A DNA stretch of 10,459 nucleotides from Candidatus Sumerlaeia bacterium (lineage in GTDB: Bacteria > Sumerlaeota > Sumerlaeia > SLMS01), in NCBI GenBank assembly GCA_038208905.1, contig JBBQYG010000146.1, positions 1 to 10,459 of the forward strand. The letters are read 5' to 3'. The position numbers were made by a program, and so were the translations under genes. The notes under the pieces are model-generated. The model saw nothing but the letters and a program-made list of their open reading frames with translations, did no database searches and was not told where the DNA came from. This document shows, one piece after another, positions 1 to 6,685 of this stretch; within the stretch, counting starts at the first letter, position 1; each line of letters begins with the position of its first letter.

Positions 1-41
1 GGTGCCAGCCGAAAAACTAAGCGGGAGGTCGCAAGGCAACG

Positions 42-482
42 ATGTCTGAATCTGCTAGCGAGAGGCGCAAGTCGCGCCGGTTGTCCATCACTGCGGATGT
101 CATCGTTTCGATGATGATCCCCGAGGAGACGTTCACGCCCAATTCGGTGCGGGGATATGGGCTGGAGATTTCCCAGCTCGGAATGAGCGTAAAGACCTAT
201 CAACTCTCGCAGGAGGAATACACGGCCCTGATGAAGGGCGTGCGCTATGCGAGAATCCTGCTGTTCCTGCCCTATTACGAGGACCCCCTGGACTGTAAGG
301 CTGCCCTTATGTGGTCGGACTACCATGCCTATCCCGGCAACGACAAGCCACACTGCCTCCTCGGATTCCGCTTCAACAACATGGCCCCCGGGGATGTGGC
401 CAAGCTGGAGGACGCCTACAACCGCCTCTCGCGCGACTCGGTCTCCGACGTGCCGCGCAACGCGGTGCGGCTCGAAGATTAG
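42..482 (+). CDS. PilZ-domain-like protein (putative c-di-GMP receptor), 146 aa
   Basis: N-terminal 'ERRKSRRL' (RxxxR) is followed by 'EISQLG' at the position of the (D/N)xSxxG motif. C-terminal 'LGFRF' strand plus helix is typical of PilZ. GGGAGG (23-28) and AAGG (33-36) lie upstream. Confidence 0.75.
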   Translation: MSESASERRKSRRLSITADVIVSMMIPEETFTPNSVRGYGLEISQLGMSVKTYQLSQEEYTALMKGVRYARILLFLPYYEDPLDCKAALMWSDYHAYPGNDKPHCLLGFRFNNMAPGDVAKLEDAYNRLSRDSVSDVPRNAVRLED

Positions 483-526
483 GGCATTGTTATTTTTTCC
501 GCAGCGAGCCTTCGGACGTCCGCTGA

Positions 527-559
527 GTCAATTCAGTACATCCGGTCAATTCGGTCCAT
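527..559. repeat. Imperfect tandem direct repeat, 2 x 15 bp, 18-bp period
   Basis: GTCAATTCAGTACAT (527-541) and GTCAATTCGGTCCAT (545-559), 13/15 identical, in the convergent intergenic region. Confidence 0.55.
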
Positions 560-593
560 TGGCTGCCGGGAATTCAAGAACGCCTCGGCAATC

Positions 594-637
594 GACAAAA
601 AAACCGGCGGGCTCCCTGGAGCCCGCCGGTTTTTGTC
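594..637. terminator. Bidirectional Rho-independent terminator
   Basis: Perfect 11-bp stem CCGGCGGGCTC (604-614) / GAGCCCGCCGG (619-629) with a 4-nt loop, flanked by A7 (597-603) and T5 (630-634). Lies between convergent genes. Confidence 0.93.
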
Positions 638-658
638 CTGGGTGGCTTGGCGATGCGG

Positions 659-1861
659 CTACGGAATGCGCTCGAAGCGAACGCCGTCGGCCATGACGAC
701 GCCGGTGCCGGAGCCCGCGGCGCGGACGATGACGCTGCCCGAGGTGTCGAACGTATAGACGCCAAGGTTGAACCACTGGCCGCCGTTGATCTGCTGGTTG
801 ACCGTCAGGCTTCCAGATCCACCCGAGCGATTGATGACGTGGACGGCGCTGGCGGAACGGTTGGCGCCGGCGAGATAGTATACGAGCACGCGATAGGTGC
901 CGGGCGTCAGGCCGTTGAATGTGTAGGTGGCGTCGGTGCTTGCGGCGCCCGCCGTGGCGAAGCGGTAGTTACTACCCCATCCGCCCGCGATCGTGCCGGT
1001 GCTCCAAGTGCCGGCAAACGTAGCGTCCGTGTTATCCAGCGTAATCAGGGGGATCGGCGTCGGAGAAGGCGACGGCGACGGCGTCGGCGTGGGAGTGGGC
1101 GTCGGGGAGGGCGTGGGAGACGGAGACGGGCTTGGCGAGGGAGACGGCGATGGCGACGGCGACGGGCTTGGGCTCGGCGTCGGAGTCGATCCGACAATGC
1201 GGCTATTCACGCCCAGGCGGGCCTCGCCCGCGTTGAAGTTCGTGCCGATGTACGGATACATCAGGTCGCCGGGACACACGGTGGCGCCCACGTCGCGATG
1301 GCCCGCGATTACGCCTTCAGTCTGGCCGTTGTAGGTGCTGGAGCCAAGACCCGTGAAGGGGTTGGGCATACGCCAGGCGATCAGGTTGTAGAGCGAGTTG
1401 CGCTGCGCGGTTGTCGGCTGGTGGTTGTAGGGGGTGTGCATGTACCCCATCACGTTGAAGCCGAAGCTGTTGGTGTTCACGCCATCGTGGGCGCCGCGCG
1501 GTCGTGTCGTCATGGAGCCAGCGCGCCCCTCGAAGTTATTGCCCAGCTTGTCGGTCAGGAAGTGGTATCCAATGTCCGACCATCCGTTCACATCCATGTG
1601 GTAGTTCTGGATTGAGCGAACGAGCGCGGCGGAGGTGCTCTGGGAGGTGGTGTTGAAGTCGTTGGGGCCGGCGGTGTGGTGGATGACGGCGCGATTCAGC
1701 GATGTCATCTGGGTGGCGGTGCTCTTGGGCGCGCGGGCGCTCCAGCAGGAGCGGACACAGATCGTTGGCTGGGTCGCGTTGCCCGCCGCGCTCGCGTCCG
1801 TCCAAAGCAGGGGTGCGATACAAAGAGAACCAAGAATGGAAAGCAGTAACTTCAACCGCAT
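659..1861 (-). CDS. Secreted N-acetylmuramoyl-L-alanine amidase (Amidase_2/PGRP type) with S/T-P linker and C-terminal golvesin/Xly-like beta-sandwich, 400 aa
   Basis: True start is ATG 1861 ([25 protein letters not shown], signal-peptide-like) with AGGAGG 5 nt upstream. PGRP motifs are [40 protein letters not shown] and TVCPG, so the His/His/Cys Zn ligands and catalytic Tyr are present. The C-terminal TLDN...GTW...GTYRV...[13 protein letters not shown]...ADGVRF pattern is golvesin-like. Confidence 0.9.
   Translation of the reverse strand: MRLKLLLSILGSLCIAPLLWTDASAAGNATQPTICVRSCWSARAPKSTATQMTSLNRAVIHHTAGPNDFNTTSQSTSAALVRSIQNYHMDVNGWSDIGYHFLTDKLGNNFEGRAGSMTTRPRGAHDGVNTNSFGFNVMGYMHTPYNHQPTTAQRNSLYNLIAWRMPNPFTGLGSSTYNGQTEGVIAGHRDVGATVCPGDLMYPYIGTNFNAGEARLGVNSRIVGSTPTPSPSPSPSPSPSPSPSPSPSPTPSPTPTPTPTPSPSPSPTPIPLITLDNTDATFAGTWSTGTIAGGWGSNYRFATAGAASTDATYTFNGLTPGTYRVLVYYLAGANRSASAVHVINRSGGSGSLTVNQQINGGQWFNLGVYTFDTSGSVIVRAAGSGTGVVMADGVRFERIP
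1055..1186 (-). repeat. Coding low-complexity linker: 22 consecutive (S/T)-P dipeptides
   Basis: In frame in the amidase between the catalytic and C-terminal domains. The 6-bp periodicity uses mixed synonymous codons. Confidence 0.95.
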
Positions 1862-1866
1862 AACGA

Positions 1867-1872
1867 CCTCCT
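1867..1872 (-). promoter_or_regulatory. Shine-Dalgarno (AGGAGG) of the amidase gene
   Basis: The + strand cctcct at 1867-1872 lies 5 nt upstream of ATG 1861 and 8 nt downstream of the preceding stop codon. Confidence 0.85.
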
Positions 1873-1880
1873 GGAGAGCC

Positions 1881-2660
1881 TCATGGGGCTCTCGGCTGGG
1901 ATTCTGACTCCACCGGAGCCAGTTGCGACGCCAACTTTTCCAGCGACTCCACCTTCCCACCCACTCCTTCGCCAAGGGTGCTATCCTGATAGAAAAAGCG
2001 CACCGCCTCCAGAACAGGGGACGCGGCGTTCTCCGAAGTAAGCACGAAGCGATAGCGGAAGGCGGCCCACCGCTCGTCGCCATAATTGAAAAGCCCCCCG
2101 GGCTGAAATCCGTGAAAGGGATTCGGGGAGCCGTCGGGATAGGTCGGCGAAATCTCGCCGTGGGCCTCGTCGTCCGCGATGATCTGGGTCCACGGGCCCC
2201 AGGTCTTGCCATCGGGCGAGAGCGCAAACTCCGCATCCACGCGCGTGCCGTCGGCGAGCCGCTGGCGCCAGAGCGGCGCGAAGGAGTTGCCGGGGAACTC
2301 GGTGTATTCGTTGGGGGAGGTTGCGGTTCCCTTGCGCGTGCCTGTGGCACCCGGCGCGGGGGGCGGGAGCTCGATGCCGTTGGCGGTCAGCACCAGGCCA
2401 TCCAGCTTGAAACCCTCCGGCAGTTTCTCGACGCCCTTGAACTCGCGAACATAGGTCGTGCGGGGCTGGTCCTCGGGATTGAAGGGCGTGACGACCGGAG
2501 CAGGTGTCGGCTCCTCGACCGCGACCACGGGCGCGGGCGCGGGCGCCGCTGGCGGTGGAGTCCGTGGAGCTTCTTTCGGGAACAATCCCGGACCAAACAT
2601 AACAAGGCCCAAAACGGCCAAACCAGCAATGCTGCCCATCGCGACTGCGCGTGAGTTCAT
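1881..2660 (-). CDS. Membrane-anchored/exported hypothetical protein, 259 aa, with a Pro/Ala stalk and a beta-rich domain resembling N-terminal accessory domains of PGRP-type amidases and C39-like peptidases
   Basis: N-terminal hydrophobic helix ([17 protein letters not shown]), then a stalk ([26 protein letters not shown]), then the pattern GTATSP...W...[20 protein letters not shown]...FRYRFVL...[15 protein letters not shown]. Ends 19 nt before the amidase start. Confidence 0.75.
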   Translation of the reverse strand: MNSRAVAMGSIAGLAVLGLVMFGPGLFPKEAPRTPPPAAPAPAPVVAVEEPTPAPVVTPFNPEDQPRTTYVREFKGVEKLPEGFKLDGLVLTANGIELPPPAPGATGTRKGTATSPNEYTEFPGNSFAPLWRQRLADGTRVDAEFALSPDGKTWGPWTQIIADDEAHGEISPTYPDGSPNPFHGFQPGGLFNYGDERWAAFRYRFVLTSENAASPVLEAVRFFYQDSTLGEGVGGKVESLEKLASQLAPVESESQPRAP

Positions 2661-2748
2661 GCTTACCCCGTCAGGAATCGGGAAGCCAACACCCGAGGCC
2701 GTCGATTAGGAACTACTGCATCATTGGCGAAGTGATGACTGCGAAATG

Positions 2749-2773
2749 GCATCGAGTCAATGCGCTTCGATGC
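2749..2773. promoter_or_regulatory. Inverted repeat GCATCGA-N11-TCGATGC overlapping a minus-strand TTGACT (-35-like) hexamer
   Basis: Arms at 2749-2755 and 2767-2773. The + strand agtcaa (2755-2760) reads TTGACT on the minus strand, ~95 nt upstream of ATG 2660. The matching -10 is weak (CATCAC). Confidence 0.3.
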
Positions 2774-2802
2774 TCCCATGAAAAATCAGGGAATTCCCCC
2801 GG

Positions 2803-4779
2803 CTATGCGGAGGTGAAGATGGGCGGCATCGGGCAATCGAGGGAGATGGCGATGCTGCGGAGCAGTTCCGCCTCCGCCAGCGTCAGCGTATCGTCCGCGG
2901 CGATGGCCGTGGCACAGGCGCTGAGGACGCGCTGCTTGATCTGGGGCGAGGCCTGGGAAAGGCGCTTGAACGAGGCCAGAACGGCGTCGAGGGCACAGTC
3001 CCACGGCGCAACCATCACCATCGCGTTGCCATCGCGGCCAATGGCGGCGGTGCCGACGCGGAAGACGGTCTCGGGATCGACCTTTCCCTCGTCTCCGCGA
3101 TGGGCGATGGCGCTAAGAAGCACGGCGATGTCGCCCAGCAGCGGAGCGATCGCATAGTATTGTGGACCTCGGCGGAGCGCGGCGCGCTGGGCGGTATCCA
3201 ACGAGCGCACGACAAACTGAAGGATGACGTACTCGGCGAGCGTCGTCTTCTCGTCGGCCAGAACCAGCCTGTGAACATTGGCGCAGAATGCCTCGGCCTC
3301 GGCGGGATACATCTGCCGGAGCGCTGGGAGCGACAGCTCCAGCAGCGCCAACCGCGCACGCGGATCGGCCTGGCCCAACTCCACGAGCGCATTCTGCACC
3401 TCGAAGCGGAGCTCCGCCGGAACGATATCGCGATGCGCTTCGGAACCGGCCTCGCGCCCGGCGTCGTCCTCCGCAAGCAGCAGGGCATAGATGATCCCCT
3501 GGGCTCCGCCCACGCGGCGGGTGGCCTGGCGAAGGTTCTCGGGAAGGCTGTCAAGAAGCCGCCGCGCGAAGTCGATCTTGTCGGGCGTGGGACTGCCGAT
3601 GCTCGCCAGGATCGCGGCGGCCTGGACCATTTGGGGGGAAGGGGTGTTGATTGGTGGGAATGGCAGTGGGGCGGCGACAGGCGCTTCCTTGCGGCTCACA
3701 TAACCCTTCCCAACAGGGCGCTGGGGCATGGCGACGGGAGGCACCTCGGGATAGGTGCCGTCGAACGCGGGATCGATTAGCTTGATTCGCTTTCCCAGCG
3801 GTGGATGTGTGGAGAACAGCTCATCCAGAAAAGCGATCGACTTCACGGAACCAAAGAACATGTGGCTGGCCTCCTCCGCGGCGGCCCCTTGAACCACTGA
3901 GCCGCCGCTCAGGCCACCGATCTTCCTGAGTGCGCCGGCCAGTCCATCGGGATTGCGCGTGAACTGAACGGCCGCCGCGTCGGCCAGGTACTCCCTCTGG
4001 CGGGACACGGCGGACTTGATCAGGCGCGCGAAGAAAACCCCAATCGATCCGATTACGAAGATGACGACCCCCAGGGCCAGAAGGGGCGCCACGGCCCTGA
4101 CGTCCCTGTTGCCGTCCCGGCCACCGGTTGACGCGGCGATCCGGACCATTCCGGCCCCCAGCATCCCCACGCCAACAAGGCCGTGGAGCAGTCCGATCAG
4201 CCGTACATTCAGCCGCATGTCGCCATTTAGGATGTGGCTGAACTCATGGGCGATGACGCCCTGAAGCTCGTCGCGGGTAAGGCGCGCGATCGCCCCCCTC
4301 GTCACCCCGATGGCGGCGTCCTGCGGAGTGAAGCCCGCGGCAAAGGCGTTGATGCTTCCCTCCTGGTTTAGCACGAACAACTCGGGCTTGGGACAGCCCG
4401 ATGCGATCGACATTTCGTCCACGATATTGTGGAGCTTGCGCTCGTCGCTGTCCAAGGTATCGGCCGAGACGTGGGTGCCGCCCAGCGACGCGGCGACTAT
4501 TGAGCCACCCTGGCGGAGTTCGATCATCTTGGCGATGGTGCCGCCGAGGATGATGATACAGGTGCCTCCCGCGACCACGGCGAGCACCTCGAACCGCATC
4601 AGCAATTCCACATAGCTGCGGTCCCCCGTCATGCCCCCCAGAAAAAAGTAGATCGCTGCGCATACCCCAAAATGCACCGACACGACGATGAGGACCACCG
4701 CCACAATGAACATGACAACGAGCAGACTCGTCGAGCGCGACGCGCGGGCTTGTTGTCCGAAAAAGTCCATCGTTGTCAT
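2803..4779 (-). CDS. M48 family (HtpX-like) membrane zinc metalloprotease, long form with a helical, possibly TerB-like, C-terminal extension, 658 aa
   Basis: Starts MDFFGQQ, followed by TM helices, INAFAAG, LTRDELQGVIAHEFSHILNGD (HExxH), SRQREYLADAAAVQFTRNP (third Zn ligand Glu) and STHPP..KRI. C-terminus is ..AADDTLTLAEAELLRSIAISLDCPMPP. GGAGG at 4788-4792. Confidence 0.93.
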   Translation of the reverse strand: MTTMDFFGQQARASRSTSLLVVMFIVAVVLIVVSVHFGVCAAIYFFLGGMTGDRSYVELLMRFEVLAVVAGGTCIIILGGTIAKMIELRQGGSIVAASLGGTHVSADTLDSDERKLHNIVDEMSIASGCPKPELFVLNQEGSINAFAAGFTPQDAAIGVTRGAIARLTRDELQGVIAHEFSHILNGDMRLNVRLIGLLHGLVGVGMLGAGMVRIAASTGGRDGNRDVRAVAPLLALGVVIFVIGSIGVFFARLIKSAVSRQREYLADAAAVQFTRNPDGLAGALRKIGGLSGGSVVQGAAAEEASHMFFGSVKSIAFLDELFSTHPPLGKRIKLIDPAFDGTYPEVPPVAMPQRPVGKGYVSRKEAPVAAPLPFPPINTPSPQMVQAAAILASIGSPTPDKIDFARRLLDSLPENLRQATRRVGGAQGIIYALLLAEDDAGREAGSEAHRDIVPAELRFEVQNALVELGQADPRARLALLELSLPALRQMYPAEAEAFCANVHRLVLADEKTTLAEYVILQFVVRSLDTAQRAALRRGPQYYAIAPLLGDIAVLLSAIAHRGDEGKVDPETVFRVGTAAIGRDGNAMVMVAPWDCALDAVLASFKRLSQASPQIKQRVLSACATAIAADDTLTLAEAELLRSIAISLDCPMPPIFTSA

Positions 4780-4863
4780 GCGGCGTTCCTCCGGGGGCGT
4801 CGGCGTCTCGGGAGAGAATACAATCGAGGGTCGAAGTTATTCCAACGGGGCGCTACCGCCAAG

Positions 4864-5160
4864 TTACTCCTGCGAAGCCGCCGCGGACCAGCGCCCCGCG
4901 CCAAACCCCACCACCGCCACGATGGCCGCGAGTATCATGGGCGAGTAAATGCTGTCGAACCCCACGGTCTCCAGCACCAGATTGTGCAGAAACCAGAGGA
5001 CCAGCGCGAACGGGCCGAATGCTCCCGCCAGAATGATGGGCCTCCTGGGGGAAGGAGCGCGGAATCTCCGCAGCGCCACCCACGCCGCGACGGGAGTCAG
5101 CACGGCGGCGGCGGTCAGCGCGCCAAGGACGAACGATGGATGGAGGAGGAGATCGAGCAT
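4864..5160 (-). CDS. Small hypothetical membrane protein, 98 aa, ~3 TM helices (MLDLLLHPSFVLGAL...)
   Basis: ATG at 5160 overlaps the previous stop (TGATG). It has three hydrophobic segments. The upstream part of the 4864..5520 track ORF overlaps another gene and looks non-coding. Confidence 0.75.
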   Translation of the reverse strand: MLDLLLHPSFVLGALTAAAVLTPVAAWVALRRFRAPSPRRPIILAGAFGPFALVLWFLHNLVLETVGFDSIYSPMILAAIVAVVGFGAGRWSAAASQE

Positions 5161-5510
5161 CAGGGGAGTTTCCTGTTTTCCGACGCGCTCAGGCGCACCT
5201 TCTCCTGCACGATCTCCCGATTGTCCTGAACCCGGATTGCGCGCCTCGTCCACGCCGTCAGCCGCGACAGCGCGATTCGGACGATGATCGCCACGATGAA
5301 CGCCACGGCGGAGGGAATCAGCAGGTGGCGAAGTGGCGAGGCCGTGCTTCCCCAGATCGAATAGCTCCACGCCGCCAGCAGCAGCCATCCCAGCAACGTC
5401 AGGAACCGCGCCACCGCCATGACCATTCCGATATACATGGAGTTCTTGTGTACCGCGCGGCGCACGCGGCTGGGGAGGCACTCCACGGGATGGAGGGTAG
5501 CGCTGGCCAT
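5160..5510 (-). CDS. Small hypothetical membrane protein, 116 aa, 2 TM helices (MASATLHPVECLP...)
   Basis: ATG at 5510 overlaps the alr stop (TGATG), and AAGGAG lies at 5523-5528. It has two hydrophobic helices and a basic C-tail, and exactly fills the gap between its neighbours. Confidence 0.72.
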   Translation of the reverse strand: MASATLHPVECLPSRVRRAVHKNSMYIGMVMAVARFLTLLGWLLLAAWSYSIWGSTASPLRHLLIPSAVAFIVAIIVRIALSRLTAWTRRAIRVQDNREIVQEKVRLSASENRKLP

Positions 5511-6685
5511 CACTCCACATAGCTCCTTGGAACCCGCTGCGTCACCAGGCAGGTGATCTCGTAGCCGATGGTTCCCGCCAGGCGCGCGGCTTCCTCCGCG
5601 CGGATCGACCCAGCTCCCTGCGCGCCATACAGCACCACCTCGTCGCCGATCCCCGCCTCGGGCACCGTGCTCAAGTCGATCATGAACTGGTCCATGCACA
5701 CGCGGCCTCGGACCGGCACGCGGCGCCCGCGCACGAGCACCTCGGCGCGATTCGAGAACTGGCGCAGATAGCCGTCGCCATATCCCGCCGGAACGATGCC
5801 GATCAACGTGGGCTGCTGTGCCGTCCACGTGCGGCCATAGGAGATCGTGTCGCCCGGTTCCGCCATGCGGAGCGAGGCGATGGCGCTGCGGAGCGAGAGG
5901 ACCGGGCGGAGCTCCGGGCATAGTTCCGGCATGTCGCTGGGCTCGATGCCATAAATCATGATCCCGGGACGCACCATGTCATAGTGCGCCCGCGGATGCC
6001 GCAGGATCGCCCCCGAATTCGCCGCGTGGATCGTCGCGTGGACTCCGGCGGAGCGAGCCTGCGCGACGACGGCCTCGAAGCGGTCGCACTGAAGATTCGT
6101 GAAAGCGATCTGATCCGCCTCGATGCCGTCGGCCACGGCGAAGTGCGTGAAGATGCCCGCGATATGATCGGCGTTGGCGGCGGCGAGGTTGATCCACTCT
6201 GGCTCGTCGAAGCGAATCCCATCGCGGCCGATCCCCGTCTCCACCTGCACATGCACTCGCGCGCGGCGGCCCGCGCGGTGGGCAACGTCGAGGTGATGCT
6301 TCAGCAGTTCCAGCGAACCCACCGCGCAACCGACGTCCGCCCCCTGCATCGCGTCTGCCTCGTGCGCCAGCGTCGGCGACATCACCAGAATATCCGCGTC
6401 GGCGAATCCCTCCGACTCCCTCAGCGCCAACCCCTCGTCCGCCGTCGCCACGCCCAGCGCGGTGGCACCCGCCTGCACCGCCGCCCGGGCCACCGGCACC
6501 ATCCCGTGGCCATAGGCGTTGGCCTTCACTACCGCCATGATGCGCGGCTTCATTCCGATACCGCGACGAACAACGCCGATGTTGTGACGCACGGCATTCA
6601 GATCGATGAGGGCGCGGGTGGGGCGGAGATTCTCCGCCACAGAGCTCGCGGGCTCGGCGAGCCGCGTGGTCACAGCAACCGCCAT
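5510..6685 (-). CDS. alr: Alanine racemase, ~391 aa
   Basis: RPTRALIDL, MAVVKANAYGHG (PLP lysine motif), THFAVAD, HAANSG, MVRPGIMIYG, ISYGRTW (catalytic Tyr), GYGDG, GRVCMDQ and GTIGYEI. Start is ATG 6685 or GTG 6673; both overlap the zwf stop. Confidence 0.97.
   Translation of the reverse strand: MAVAVTTRLAEPASSVAENLRPTRALIDLNAVRHNIGVVRRGIGMKPRIMAVVKANAYGHGMVPVARAAVQAGATALGVATADEGLALRESEGFADADILVMSPTLAHEADAMQGADVGCAVGSLELLKHHLDVAHRAGRRARVHVQVETGIGRDGIRFDEPEWINLAAANADHIAGIFTHFAVADGIEADQIAFTNLQCDRFEAVVAQARSAGVHATIHAANSGAILRHPRAHYDMVRPGIMIYGIEPSDMPELCPELRPVLSLRSAIASLRMAEPGDTISYGRTWTAQQPTLIGIVPAGYGDGYLRQFSNRAEVLVRGRRVPVRGRVCMDQFMIDLSTVPEAGIGDEVVLYGAQGAGSIRAEEAARLAGTIGYEITCLVTQRVPRSYVE

Noticed and set aside
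1055..1186. Repeat tract as a CRISPR array or VNTR
   Set aside because: It has 6-bp coding periodicity with synonymous variation, no repeat-spacer structure, and no cas genes nearby.
647..1615. + strand ORFs 647..1615 (poly-Arg) and 993..1334 (Gly-Asp/Gly-Val repeats)
   Set aside because: These are antisense shadows of the amidase S/T-P linker.
1862..2350. 163-aa N-terminal extension of the amidase in the 563-aa track ORF, or a frameshifted fusion with the upstream gene
   Set aside because: It overlaps the 259-aa gene out of frame. ATG 1861 has a strong SD and begins a signal peptide, and the upstream gene ends cleanly at 1881.
4864..5510. Small membrane proteins as a holin with the amidase as an endolysin (prophage lysis cassette)
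   Set aside because: There are no phage genes, the amidase has its own signal peptide, and the small genes are coupled to housekeeping alr about 3 kb from the amidase.
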